Shown one piece after another: positions 14,468 to 28,996 of a DNA stretch of 64,000 nt. The stretch is from positions 115,905-179,904 of the forward strand of contig JAKMXF010000244.1 in the NCBI GenBank assembly GCA_024704765.1, given 5' to 3'. The stretch comes from Oopsacas minuta (taxonomy: Eukaryota; Animalia; Porifera). Positions within the stretch are counted from its first letter, which is position 1. Each line of letters opens with the position of its first letter. The notes beneath the pieces are model-generated. The model had not been told where the DNA came from, searched no databases, and saw only the letters and a program-made list of their open reading frames with translations. A program made the position numbers and the translations under genes.

Positions 14468-15786
14468 AGCTTATCCATTAAGGGATTCAGACAAAAATGT
14501 ACCCCACGTATTAAACACCAATATTGTAGAATTCAATATGTTATCGATGAGGGAGTAGTCTTTGGGTGTAGGGGTATAACAACCAAATAATTGTAAATGG
14601 GAGGAAAGTCTACCTAGAATTTGTCTATATATCCCTGTGACCTTTGTTATAACTCATAGATATATAAATTGATGAATAGGATTGACTGAATTGATTGTTG
14701 TGTACATGTTGATATTTGGTTTCCGACTATTTGTCACCCAACGGCCAATAACTATAGATTGAACCGAATATATAGTATTCTATCTCAATTGTTGTTTGTT
14801 TGTCTGGTTATTAGTTGTCAAGTAGGATTTGGGTATGCTATTATAAATTCGAATTTCGCAATCCCGATAATTGTGTATTTATCGTGTAATCAAGAAAGAA
14901 AATATAATTCAATAAAACTTGACTAAACATATGGAATATCCGGAATCAGATTTCCACACTTTAATTAATCAAATGTAAATGTATTTGTAATTTTATGAAT
15001 ATTAGAAAAACCAAGTAGCCATATTTCAAAATTTACAGGGGTTTGCTCTAAACGGCTACACAGGGGGTAACATGTAGGTTGAAACTAAATTTCGAGTTTT
15101 AAGCTCCACTTATGTAAATTCATTGTTGTTGTATGAATATAGAGTAACAAAATAGTTGAAATGTCAAAATAAACTTAGAGACTAGCTCTCTAGCGACATA
15201 TATTGCTAATCCAGTATGGTAATCTCGATTTTCCCATTTTCAAATATTTCTTATTCAAAAATTGATTTTTTTATGAAAATAAAGTAAGCAAATAGTTGAA
15301 ATCTCGAAATAGACTTAGAGATTTGCTCCCAACAGATAAATTGGGTTAATCATGTACACTGAATCCGGACATGAAATTTTCAGACGTATAAAGTAAAGTT
15401 TTTAATTAATCCTAGAAAATTGCTGTCAACCGTTATATTGGGGGAATAATCAGGTACACTGATTACAAATATGAAGTTAACATCAACGTACTATGAATAT
15501 GTTGCTACTTTAATACTTTGCTCAATTCGAGGCACGATGTGCCGAGCCAATGCGAAAACTAAGTGTTCGAGGACATCTCAGTGCGAGCAAGCGCAGCGTA
15601 CTAGTATCATTCTAATTCAATTGGAAAGAAAATAATTAATACATTACAAGGGAAATTGAAAAATTTTAGGAACACAAAGTTCCCCAAGATCAAATTGTAT
15701 CCTTTGATATGTGAAAACTCTTTTGCCTCTTTTTATCTCAATACAGTAGCCCTAATATTGTTACTTGATAATACATACCAAATGTT

Positions 15787-16506
15787 CTGTGGCGTGGCTA
15801 AAGTTTTTGGGGTCTTGTTTACAACAGATGGACTAGGATACTGGGGGCTCATCAACTATAACTACAATTAAATTTTCTGAACTTTGGAGTTGTATCCGAA
15901 AAAGAATCAAATATTAGTCCCGTATTGTCATATTACAAATTCAAACAACACTATCGAACAAAATGTATTTGATTTAAAACATTTTCCCAAATTGCAATCA
16001 CACTTTTCATTCGTAAGAATGAATTTCTGACGGAATGCAACCCAACACTTATCACGTAGCCAATACATCAATAATCCTTTACAATAGAACCTCTATAAAT
16101 GTGGGAGATCGGGTCGGCGAATCTCTTGATAACCCCTATTCCACATCTAAAATTATAAATGTAAATTAAATAATGAGAAAGATATTTGGGTCAATATGTA
16201 CAACTTCCTCCAACAACTGTTTCTTCAATGATATTAAATTACCCCAGAGGTTGATGGTTAAATATACAAATTGTAGGAAATGTTGTTTTGAGATACCCAA
16301 AAATTATATTGATTATAGGTATTAAGTTGTATTTTCAAAGTGGTAATACTAAAATCACTTGAAAATTTCAAAAAGCGACTTCTTCCGGCGTGGGGATAAT
16401 TATCAAAAGTATTATTATAGTATTTTAGAAATTTTGCAGATGCTGAATTATAATTAAGGGGTTCTGGTTCAATTAAGTGCCTGAACCCATCATCGCCACG
16501 CCACTG
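15787..16506. mobile_element. Non-autonomous TIR element (hAT-type MITE)
   Basis: Inverted termini ctgtggcgtggc and gccacgccactg; flanks caaatgtt / caagattt (degenerate 8-bp TSD). Confidence 0.55.
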
Positions 16507-16528
16507 CAAGATTTACTGATCAACAAAC

Positions 16529-16740
16529 TTTGTATTTTTGTTCATCATCGATCTCTTCTTGTATCTTTCCAAAAGAGTCAACAATATCTTCAGTTGCCTC
16601 CCCTAACAGCCCACGCATTCGGTAAATAATCTTCATTACATTGTTAGATGTTGTATTCTCAGGGAGCCATAGCTTTTGGAAAACGTCTTCAACAGAGAGA
16701 TCAAGACTAATTATCTTATTGCACACAAGTAGCTCCATAC
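16529..16740 (-). CDS. UBR4: UBR4 coding exon (ubiquitin-like region)
   Basis: (G)[56 protein letters not shown] matches UBR4 [25 protein letters not shown]...[22 protein letters not shown]. Acceptor atatttag, donor gtttgt, length 212 (phase 1 to 0). Confidence 0.95.
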
Positions 16741-18877
16741 CTAAATATGAATTCAAGAAGGTAAAATCATTATATTCTGATACAAAAAGGTAATGGCAGT
16801 AACTAAAATTATTGGACCATGAATTGATTATTATCCTCAAATTTATATTATTGTACATAATACATTATCAACATATAAGTCACCCCATCCAGGAAATGTC
16901 ATTGACATCTGGTAGAATACAATTACCATCTCGAATTATGCACAGTAGAGTTAGATTAAGAAATTTCCATGTAGTATTATTCAAGTTATAATACAATAAA
17001 CACATATTACATCAACATCAAAATTCTAAAAGATTTCTGTCTAGTGTCTCCAGCTGAACATTTGATCTAGACTCTTCTACTATACTATAGATACATTATA
17101 TGGAGAGTGTCATAGTACAAAATTGCTCTAGGGTAATTGAAATCGATCTAGAAGACAGACTCATTGATCACCTCTTAGCAGATTATTCTAAATCGATAAT
17201 GACAGTTTCATGAGCCTCGCCTCTTTAATTCTCGATTACATATACTCAGGTCTTGATTCCTTTCTTCGCCCACTTACATTGGAGTTCGAATAATCGGAAG
17301 TTCTATAGCGGTAGAATAATAATGCATTTCCATCCGAAGTTCTCTATTCAGTTCTAATCAAGAACAATTGCTTGTATTACAATTATCACTCAATGATGGG
17401 ACTCTGTCAGTGTTAGATCTATAATATTTAATCATTTGTCATTATAAAAACAAACTAAGATTAAAGATTTTGTCCAGAAAAAGTAGAAGACGAATAAGGT
17501 CAGTTGCTGTTTAGAGAAGACTATGGTTGAGAAATCGCTTCATTTGGTGACAAAATCTAATAATGGAAAGAGAAGATAAAGAGTGATAATATATAAATAT
17601 ATTTCGACACAATGGGCAAGTAATATAATATAGATGGCGGAATAAGTAAATGTAGTATAAGTTCAAATATTTTGTTATCTAAGATACATGTGAATTCGAT
17701 TAAGACTAATTGGATAACATAAGGCCTTGGATGGTCTACAGAATAAATGGAATATTCTCCAATAACCTACAAGTGAGAGAGTTTTACCCAATACAATCTT
17801 ACAGAGAAGTGAAAACTGATTGGAATCTCTGGGTTAGATGAAGATGGACAAATTCATATACCTTACCTTTAGATGTTTCCCATTTCACGAAACGGAACTT
17901 GAGAATTTGAAAGGGAAATTTACGAGAATAGAACGGAAATTGAACTTGAAGAAAAAATATTTTGTCGCTTGACACAGGAATTGACTTGGAAACCGAATAG
18001 CAGAAGTCATGCTGTTGTGGAATCCTCAATTTTTCAAAAGACAGTTAATAAAAAACATCAAGTAATCCCCTGGACAACTTCCTCTTTGCATAATCTTGGA
18101 TATTTTGAGCATCCTGGTGAAACAACGGATTTATACAGGGTATTCGAAGCACGATCATAGCGCTCATCATTAGAAATTTTCATACAAACCTAAATCAGTA
18201 ATTGGTGGTATGACATTAGAAAATTCTCCATTTTCTGCTCCCAAATATAATTTCGTGAATCATACGCCAAGGGGAGCGTTCGACGCTTCCAGATGTGGGA
18301 CAATTAGTCAATCCCCTCTATCCAAGCAAAAGAGATTCAAAATTATAGGGGATATTTTAGGCAATATTGCTTGAATTTTGGCATTATAACTTGAAAATAT
18401 ATTAGCCAAAATTTCAAATGTAAAATACATACAAGTTAAGCGGAATTGGACTCCAACATTTCCCGATTCCCCAGAACAAAAGGAAAGAAACACAACTATG
18501 AAAGACCGCTTTTTACTGGGATAGTTACCCGAGGCATTAGCAATTTTCAGACACCCACAGTTCCAGGAGAGATATATTTGTGCAATTTACTCGTGCTAGA
18601 AGTATTTATCCTAAGTAACAGTGGATTAAGAACTATTGAGGGGCAGTGTTGGGGCTGATTAGGATAACGATCGCAATCGACTGTAATTTTATTCCTGTAG
18701 TGATCATCGTAATTGTATTCAGAAACGTTTATTTGACTATAATTGTAATAGTGATCACGTGAAGGTAATCGCCCCAAACTTTTTCAAGTGAGGGAGAAAT
18801 CAGTGTGGACCACTATTCACTTATAGGTCCCTCAGGTACAGGTGACGATAATTCAAGTTGAGGCTACCATCCTAGTA

Positions 18878-20208
18878 TCAGGGCGTTCAATAGTCTTACG
18901 GGTTATGATATATCTTAGGAATTAGTCAAGTAATATATCTAACTTTCATATATTATAAGCCCATATAGTTAAACTCCATATACTGAAAGTTTCAAGCTTA
19001 TTTAATACAAATTATGAATTTTTGAGATAGTTACGTGTAGTCGATTTATACCCACTGTTGAATTTATGGCTTCAAAGGATGATAATTTCAACCTCAAATG
19101 GCGAGCTTACATAGATTTTCGCACAATACTCAAGATCCAGCCTGTACAGATTTTCAGCGAGTGATAGGAGATATTGTGCATGGATTGCCATTCCAGATCT
19201 ACTGTAGAGCGATGGGCTGCCCGTTTTAGATCTGGTGATGCTGATGTCACAGATTTGCCTCGATCTGGAAGACCGGTATCCGCCACCACTTCAGAAAATA
19301 TCGCACTCATTGAAAGTATGGTCATGGAAGACAAGTGCATTACTGTCAATCAGTTAGAACAAAGTATGGAGATTCATCAGGAGTTATTCATACAATTCTG
19401 ACGACTGAGCTTGGCTACCGATCGGTTTGTGGGAAATGGGTCCCGCATAAGCTCAGTGAGAATCAAAGGTTGGCACGACTGAATATTGCCAAGAAACTCT
19501 TGGAAACTTATGAGAACTGCGATTCTAGACGGCTAACAGAGATTATTACTGGTCACGAGACATGGGTGTACTATACAACACCATATAGCAAGTAAAAGAA
19601 GCGATCATGGGTGAGGGGCGACGAACAACCGGGGAAAATTCCTAGGCCCGACTTCAGAAAACCTAAGATTATATATACCATCTTCTCCAGTAGTCATGGA
19701 ATTGTCTTGCAATTACCTTGTGAGAGTGACAAGGCTGTTACTGCTACTTTCTTTACAGAGCAAGTGCTTCCAAATTTGATAAAAATATAGAAAAGTACCG
19801 TCCGAAAACCGGTACTCGAGGAATGAAGATTGTAAATGATAACGCCAGTTCCCATACAGCTAAGCTTGCCAAAGATTTCTTAGATATAGAAGGGTTAGAA
19901 TTACTTCCCCATCCACCATACTCACTAGACCTAGCTCCGTGTGATTTTTGGCTATTCCTCAAGCTTAAAATCTACCTTCAATGCAAAGATTTTAACACAT
20001 TATAAGCACTCGGAACGTGCCTGTATGAGTACTTCAAATCCATCTCCGAAACAGTGTACAGAAATGTGTTTTACAAGTGGGTGGAAAGGTTTAAACTTTG
20101 TGTATCTGCAGGAGGGGATTACTTTGATAAATAATATGCCGAATTAGTGTGTATAGTGTTTGTATCATATTCTATGATATCACCCGCAAGACTTATTGAA
20201 CGCCCTAG
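18878..20208 (+). mobile_element. Full-length decayed mariner (DD34D), about 1.33 kb
   Basis: TIRs tcagggcgttcaata-gtcttacggg / cccgcaagacttattgaacgccctag, flanked by TA. Motifs KWVPHKL, ITGHETW (first D mutated) and DNASSHT...HPPYSLDLAPCD with 34-aa spacing. Stops and frameshifts. Confidence 0.93.
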
Positions 20209-23200
20209 TATACGACACTTACGTCACGGAATTAACCAATATGGAACATGTAATCCAATTGAAAGAAAGAGTAACTTACATAATAATCATGGAGTCCTGA
20301 ATATGGAACACTGATTCATTAACTTCTAGCTTTAGACTTTAAAAAGAGGATAGTTCCTGTAGTATATTGTTGAGACGTCTCTAATACATACGTTTGGGCA
20401 CAAGTGTTGCTCTATAGTCTACAGAATGTTACAGCTCGTAACCTAGCATGTCTTTCAAAAGGAAAATCATATCCGGCTTTTATGGTATAAATAAACAAGT
20501 ATCTACAACATATGAGAAAACCGTACCATAGGATTAGGATCTAGGGTAAATGAGAACATTCAGTAAGAACCGTGTACTATGAGGCAGAAGAGCTGATCAC
20601 AAAAGAGAAAAAATAACCAAATATCAGTGTATAAATACTGGAAATATACAATTTGCCAAAAAAATCGTATATTAATGTCAAATAATGAAAATAATAATCA
20701 TGGGTTGCAAACATGTTTATAACCACAAATTTAAACTCATTATGGGAAATATTCATCTGTGAACACACCGTTAGTGAAAATTAACCAAGTTTTAGGTTGT
20801 TTTTGCGACTCTGAGAGTATTTTACACCAATAACAAGGGATTGATAATTCAAATGTTTTATAGGATGAAAAGAATTTGAGAATATTAGTCAATCCATGGT
20901 CCAAGAATTTTAGTGATTGCAATTGCCTTAGTGTACTAGAATGCTATGATTAGATATCTGAATAGAATACACAAACAAATCTAAACTATTAAAACGCGAT
21001 TAATGTATTTATATACATATACATGTCGGTATGCCATGAATTGATTAAAGAAACTGGGTTGACTTCTGGTAGACAGGAGTATCTTCGACTTGGCTCAGTA
21101 AGTTCAAGTCTTTGAATAAAATTCACAACTGTGACAAAAGTATGACATATTGCTAACTTTGGATTTCAGAAAAATCGCACTATCAATCATTTCTCCGACA
21201 ATGTACATGATATAAATTTGAAATATGAACCACACGTACACACAGGGACGTTGCCAAGAGGGATATAGAAAGGCAATGCACCCCAAGACTGCTTCTGGTA
21301 AACTCATATACTGGAGCATGACCACTCTGGAAACTCGTATCCCGGGACATGCCCCGTGGCCTCAAATTGATAATGTAGCATTTCGGCTCGCTGCGCTCGC
21401 ATATTAACTTCATTTACTAAGTATTATTACCCAAATATCAGAATGGATATAGTTGGTGTTGATAGTGCACATAAGTTCAAATTTGACTATTACTGAGCAT
21501 ATGTGCCAATCATATTCATGTATGCAAAACACAAAGTTAATCGGAAATGATCAAAACCAATATGTAATACGCACTGAGGATAAATATATCAAACATACCT
21601 GACAGTAGAAAGAAATTTATGCGGTAGTAATAATTGCTTTTTGTCCAGCCCGCCTCCACTGGAAATCTTATAGCGAGTAAGAACACCCGCTGTAGTGGTG
21701 TTGTCCTATATATGACTGGGCCCCCCCACAACATTCTCCGTGCTCCCACATCATTACTCCAAGGGACCAGAAAAATATGAACTATCTGGGACAATTGCAA
21801 TCTAAACGTTATTTCTTTAGATAAGTTTCGATCCTGGAGATTTCTGATTATTTTTAAGGCCCATATACCCCCTTCGAGAACTTATATGCCCAGTATATTG
21901 AACATGTGATCCCCAGATTTAGTGGTCCTGCACACCTCTTTGGAATTTTATGTTCCAAAGGGGGGCACGGCCCTTGAAATCTGGGGTTGACAAGTTTAAT
22001 TGACGACGTCTCCGTATACTCCTAAATGTGCAAAATATTCATCTAGACTATTTATCTGATAAGATTTGCCATTCGGAGATACCTCTAAAACAAGAAATAT
22101 TGCCATATAAATTTCATAAAAACCAAATGATCTAAAGATGTTATCACACAAAATATTAACATTCTTCATGAAAATTAAGCTCGTTCTTGAGGATAGTAGC
22201 GATGATGGACACATCATTTGTTGGATATCCAATTTAATTTTAATTTTAGATATAAAAATTATCAAATCAGGATACTCAATTTGGAATAAATATCCTACTT
22301 GCTTTACCCTGATAAAAAGTTTAGATAAAATAATTCTAAGGTTATTAAATAATGTTAAAGATTGCATATATAGGGATTCCGGATGGATCTGTTGCCCCTT
22401 TAGGTTGAAAACACAAATCGTTTAATACTAATGTAATAATCCATTTGATAGTGATTTATCATATACATTTTAGATGGAATTTACATAGAATCAGTGTTAA
22501 CTTATTGAAATTTGTAATAATTACATTGGTTTTTTGGGCTTTTCGTCCGGTATTCACTAAGGTTTGGTGAAAATTTAGTTGAATCATCACAAAAGATCTG
22601 AAAACTTGGATGTGACAACTTTGGGGATGGTTTCAATTCGGAAATTAATACTCTACATTATCCAATCTGGCAGTTGTTAGGTTATGAATGGCGCAGATAC
22701 GATATCTATCACCTGCTGAATCAATTTTTCACATTGATTTTCAGTAAAGTATAAGGTTTACATAAAAGGTATTTAACCAACTTGAACCATGAAGAATGAA
22801 ATAATGCAATAAAACCGGCATAATTTCAAATTCAAATACGATACCACTAACAATATAGATTGCATTCAAATTTTACATGACTAATCAACACTGTATATGA
22901 ATGCCATAAATAGTTGTAAGCAATGTGAGTTTTTCAACAAAACGGGAAACAGATGGAACATAATGGGCATAGTCACGGCTACGCCACATTGTTGAGAGAT
23001 ATTATACAAAATGTGTTCTCATAGAATGGGAGATCGGGTATTTACTACAAACAACTCTGAAATTGATACAACGATTATCGAGTTAAAATTGGATATTGAG
23101 GAAAAATATCATCGATGGTCGCTTCTGTAACTCAAGAACGAGGAAGTAATATTTTTTAAATTTGATACATTGCGCAAAACATCATTAGATTATTTTTTTT

Positions 23201-23379
23201 TTTTGAACTGGAGGAAGAAATATTTAACGAATCTAAGCATCACAAATGTTAAATCTTAGAGAGATATATGCATACATGTCAAATATTTCGGTAGATTCCT
23301 GAAATTGTCTAGCGTATTTGTATTAACAAAAAGCAAGTTAACTATATTATAGATGATAAGCTATGCAATACACAATTTT

Positions 23380-23570
23380 TGTGGACGATAATAAACAGAG
23401 ATTCAAAGTAGAAAGTAATCCTCGATGCGATATTTTCACGAAATCGTGGAAGAGTTTGATCAAGGCGACCAATGAATTTTTCAATCTTTGGTCCACCATG
23501 GCCCACGAATGATCAAATACATGCGAAGGTGGCTCGCGCTGCGGGTATTGGGTACACCACGTGTTTGCAA
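23380..23570 (+). pseudogene. Possible Mutator/MULE transposase relic
   Basis: Frame-broken FNLWST / HGPR / SNTCEG resembles the MULE C-terminal catalytic motif W...PRTNNxxEGWH. Confidence 0.3.
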
Positions 23571-24510
23571 TTTTCATAATTCCAATATATAAAATATTGT
23601 TGATGGATTAATATTAAGTAAACAACTAATTGAAGCGTTGAAATTGCCATAAGATTTGTTCTCAATAGATGCGACTCTCCAACAATATTTGATAATTGCC
23701 AGATTTCTTTACTAAATACTAGATGTTCTAGAAAACAACAAATAAATACACAGATAATAACTTAATCTCAATGATTTGCGTCTGTGTGTTCCATGTATTT
23801 TTCAGAAATATTCCTGGATTCCATGTTGCATTAATATGTAAATATCATAAACTAGCTAGATTCGATGTCAACAAAAATTAAGCTACATTCATGATGAGAT
23901 GTATTATTGGGGTCATCAATTTTGATGATTATTTCGTTATCTCAAAATAGTTGAAATGGTGCCAAATAGTGTAAAGTGTTGGTACCCAAATGTCAATCTG
24001 CCCCTGACTGTCAATTGGTTTGTCGACATGAATCTAAATAATTTTCTCAATCAAAGGGCGTAACATATAATGTAGTGTAAAATTAGATTTGAAGATTCAA
24101 AATACCCCACAAAAATCTTTGTGATGGATTGTATAATTAGATAATTCATAGACTGGTTATCAACCACCTTCCTAGATAAGATTGTAATAAGAACCCTTAA
24201 AAAGACTCTAGGAACTGTCCGATATGTGCGAGTATACTAAAAAAATGAGTACTGGATCGAATACATCCTATAGAAGATATGTGATAGTGCTATCATTCTA
24301 ATTATTGGCTTTAGGTCAAAATAGGTGATCATTTTCAAACAGATACGATCAGAAAAACTTGAAATTGTATTTGAGGAATTATTTGGCGCAATACGGTGAA
24401 ACATTCAGAGTATCATTGTATGCTAAAAATTGAAAATCTTTCACAAAACAAAGGTCATGTTCCTTAGCTTATCTAACCGTTCAAATTGTATAAAATTATA
24501 TATATTATTC

Positions 24511-26741
24511 CAGGGTGGTTTCGGTTAACCGGCTAACGGGTTAACTCTTGTTATAATCGGTTAGTGGTTATAAAAATTTTGTAGTCAGCAAACTGAGACG
24601 TAGTTTCTGATATATTGAATAGGTAGGATTTGTGTTCCTATATAGCATCAACTTGAAATAACTACAGTATAACTCGGTTATAAGACATACCTCCTCGGGA
24701 ATACGAAATATATATGTCAATTGTTAATATGTATTCAATCTTTTAGCATAGGTAATATAATCTACTACAGTGATTCATTTACTATTCATAGTAGTTTAAA
24801 CTACAAACACTATAATAGGTATTATATTGTATTCCATCGTAATGAATTCATGAATTCTACCCCATCTTGGGTTTGGGGATATATGAAGAGGGCACATCAA
24901 GATTACGAAGGAAAACGAAATGTTTGGTCCTCGATACCTAAGGTAAAATTGTAATAGCACCTTTGCTGCAACTACAAGCACAAGTACATTAATGTTAAAT
25001 CAAAAGAAAAAACATGATATTTCTGAAAAGAGTTTACAAGATTCTGCTGCTAAGCGACAGAAAACGATGGATAGGCGGGTTGCCTGTAATGAGCAAGGAT
25101 TTACTAAAACCAAAGAATTTGTGAAACCTCGACTACCTGTGGATTGTCGTATTGCTTATTCGATAGTCAGCAATTTCGTAAAACCTTTAGTAATCTTATG
25201 CATCAAATATGAACAGAAAACTATTAGCGTGTGTTTGATCAAATTATCAGAAAAGTACGACAGAGCTGTAAAAGCTAAAATTCGTGGATGCTCATCCACA
25301 TTGTGTTTCGATTGATGGACAAATCAACACCAAAGAATTGTCAATCTTGTGGTGATTTGTGAGGGATGTGCTTATTCTCTGAATAGTGTACTAGTTGAGC
25401 AGAACGACATGGCTACACTGAAATAATTCTGGATGAAGGGAAACAAAGCGTGAAATAGATGCGTGGATACTCGAGGCAGTGAGTGGGGATAAATTTAGTG
25501 GCGTTATTACAGCTATTTCGACTTTTGTACTAAGAATTCACAAGTGATTGGGTTCCGATGTCTAGCCCATTCAATAAAACTGGCATCAACGACTAATTAA
25601 AAAAGTCCCCATCAAAAAGGGTCATTGAGACTATCATACCAATAACATAAAACATTTTAACGATCCTGAAAACAGAAAAATATCAAAAGAACTTCAGATT
25701 TTATCCGGGAAGTCAGAGAATGAGTGTTTAAAGCCGATTAAACCAAATGCAACTCAATGGGGTTCAACATATCATTGTATCTATAGATTAATCCGACTTA
25801 AGAATTTCTCTTTAGCAGGTCTGACTATCCAAAAGACCAATTGGGAACTACTCAAATTTTCAGAAATAATTTAGATCAGTTTAAAATGTGTACAGATGAA
25901 GTACAAAAAGATTGTTCAACTATTGTGGATGATGTGAAATTGTGGAATCAACTGGTCGATCATATCAGAACTCTTCGTAAACAATTCTCTGATAATTATG
26001 ATATATTTTTTGACCAAACTCAGGAAGTAATGGTTAAGTGTATAACAAAGCATATGAGTATGTCCGTCCAGATAGAAGTTATAGCATTTCTCAATCCATC
26101 CAAAAAAAGTGATAATTAAGATTCAGTGGGTTTTACCAAAAAATTAATATCTATTGCAGAATAATATTTTCAAGAGTTAAGTTTAGAAGATATTCTGGTT
26201 AAGAGCAAGATAACTAAAATGAACGGGCAAATGGCGGCACACGTGCTTGGAAGTGGGTTATGGGAACAAAATCCGAAGAAATCATAGTTCACTATTGGAC
26301 TCGTCAGGTTTTTCGTGTACCGAGCTCGCACATGTCGCTTTTAGCTTGCGCACCGCATCCAACCGAAGCATGCGTTGAAAGAACCTTCCCACACCAAAGC
26401 CTGATTTCTACCGATCTTCATGACTCACTCATAGAGGAGATGGTTAGGGTTCAAATGAATGCCATTTTCAATTATTTTCCCCTCTATACAGAACTAAGTG
26501 CAGTAGATCCTGAGATACTGCCCTGACCCTATTAAATTAATAAAGATATTACCTAGATTTAGCATAATTATGACAACTCCAGTGCCCTGTCCAGAGGAGT
26601 TTATAATTATAGTCATTACAATAAATTATATAATAAATGCTTACAAACTTTCATAAATTATTTTACATCGGTTAACTGGTTAACTGCCAGGACATCATGA
26701 ATATTAACCCCACCCTAAGTCGGTTGCCATCCCCAGCCCTG
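24511..26741 (+). mobile_element. Full-length decayed hAT element (Ac-like clade), about 2.2 kb
   Basis: Termini cagggtgg and cagccctg, with (c)ggttaa(c) subterminal repeats at both ends. TSD attattc(c) on both sides. Motifs STLCFDGWTNQ, CLAHSIKL, PNATQWGSTY and PTEACVERTF. Confidence 0.85.
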
Positions 26742-28996
26742 ATTATTCCTTAAGCAAATGGAAGGAAACTTCGACTCTTCAAATTCACATGAATTACTTA
26801 AAAAAGCATTGCAATCTAATATTTGCAGAGCGCGGGAACTAGATGACATCTATTGCTGAGTTGGGTCAGTACAAACTAGATTGAATTACAATATGCTCGA
26901 TTCGTAATGTAAGCAGAAAAATTGCAATGACGGTAATGGATAATTTCCCAAGATTCCATAAGAGATGTTGGTTAACAGCTTTCGAGGAGAGCGAAGTTGT
27001 TATTTCCAAATAACTAAAGCAGGCAAAATATTGAAGCAACTTAAAGTTGTAAGCGAGAGAGGGAATGCTGAAAACATACATTCAATGCCAGCGATGTTTT
27101 AAAGCGGGACTGGCTTCACAAGGAAATGAAAGTATTTGGAGCACAATTAGTTGTAATTCAAGAGCAATGAAAGTAGAAATTACAGCTCAAAGAATCAAAG
27201 ACTTACAGCACCAGATACATATTTAACCCGAAGTTATCTCAAGTATAGATTGACATTTTTGGAGTATCTGGAGCCCACACGAGGAAAGATGATGGAAAAT
27301 GAAATATTGATTCTTAGACCATAGCTAACGCAGAAATTGAAGAACACTATTCCCAAACAAATAAAATTTGATCGACATTGGGTAGCAATCGAATATATCT
27401 AGATCTACTACATTCTTATCCCTAGTTTGGGTAAATTGACGCGCAAATGAAATTGATTTATTATGAACATAGTGAAGAATAGAGAATCGTCCACTTTACT
27501 AGTTGAAATTAGACCATGCAGTGGACGTACGATTTTGAACCCTTTATAACAGCACCCAACGGAAGGGACAAGAATCATCGAAGCATATTCAAATTTATGA
27601 TACTAACCATACAACTGTCATTGAAATAACCAAACATTCTTGAATCACGATGTGAGATATTTGATTTGAATTCTTATCATTGATGGTAATCAAAACATAA
27701 ATCTTTTGGCAAATGAAAAGAATTCCTAGTAATAGGTTCTGAGGAACATCTACTTAGGGTTACAGTTTTGTAATTACTGAAAACGTGACAAACATAATGC
27801 CACAATGAGGAATAAGAAATATCAAAAATTCGATTCGCTGATAATCGAATATTTCAGAAAATTTGAAAAGCTCAAACAGAACATTCGAATACCCAAGATT
27901 ACGCAGGACAAACTGCTCGAAACAGGTGTCCGGTATAAAACGGAGGCCTATCAACACTACATTTACTCATTCTAATCATTATAATCCAAGGTCCACCGTT
28001 CGGATAGATAAATACTGCTTTATATTGAGACAAAGGATCCTATGAATTTATTCCAATTTAATTTTAAACGCAAGATACATTCTCTCAAACATGTCCCTTC
28101 TTTCAGTTACTGGTAAGATAGTACTTTCAATATTCTATAATCGAGGAATTTCAAGAAAGATTTCACCCAATACATTATGAAAATGATATTCAACGCAAAA
28201 TGTACTCAATTCTGCTATTGCTTTATACAATTTACCATTATTACGACCAGGTTTCACAAATTCGCAGGGGCATGTCTAGGATCAACAATGCAGATATTGT
28301 TATTCGAAAGATTTTGATAATACAATATAATGAAATAGCAGTAGAACTAAAGAATACAAGATTTTCAAATCATTAATGTACAATTGAAATCGGGGTATTC
28401 TCACACCGAGTCTATTGTTACATCGATTATATGGCGTAAAGTCTTTATAGTGTTTATTTTTGTCTCAATAAAAGTGTAAACAATTGAAAATCTGCTAGAC
28501 TTATTTTGTGCTATAGTATATGTAAGTTATTCCAAAAAACCAGTTCATGACTTAATAAATATCAGATAATATATAGCATTAGTATTTATTGTCAATTGCT
28601 GTCTACTAGCCATATCGAAAGTCATCTTGTCAAACAGTATTTAGTATATCTGGGGTTTTGTCCTTCTGATTATCCTGCTATTTGTCAGTGCACTCAAATG
28701 TACAAAATAACCGGGTTTCAACTGTAGTTGATTCAATATACAAAATATTTGCAGAATAGAATATGATAACATTCAAGAGCTAGCATGAACTTGAAGAATT
28801 ATAAGCAAAATGATGGTTTTTGCTAAACCAAATGTGCAAACCAATATTGAGAGAATATACCAAGTGACAAAATACGCGATAGTAAAATGTCTATAAAATT
28901 GATATCACATAATTATCCGCTTGAAGATTGGGTTTGTGATGTCAACACATGCTCAAGAATCAAAGGAAATAAAGCTATGTACAATTGGTTATTAAC

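Noticed and set aside
17969-18160. NSRSHAV resembling kinesin switch I
   Set aside because: It lacks the full NxxSSRSH motif, any flanking motor motifs and convincing splice sites.
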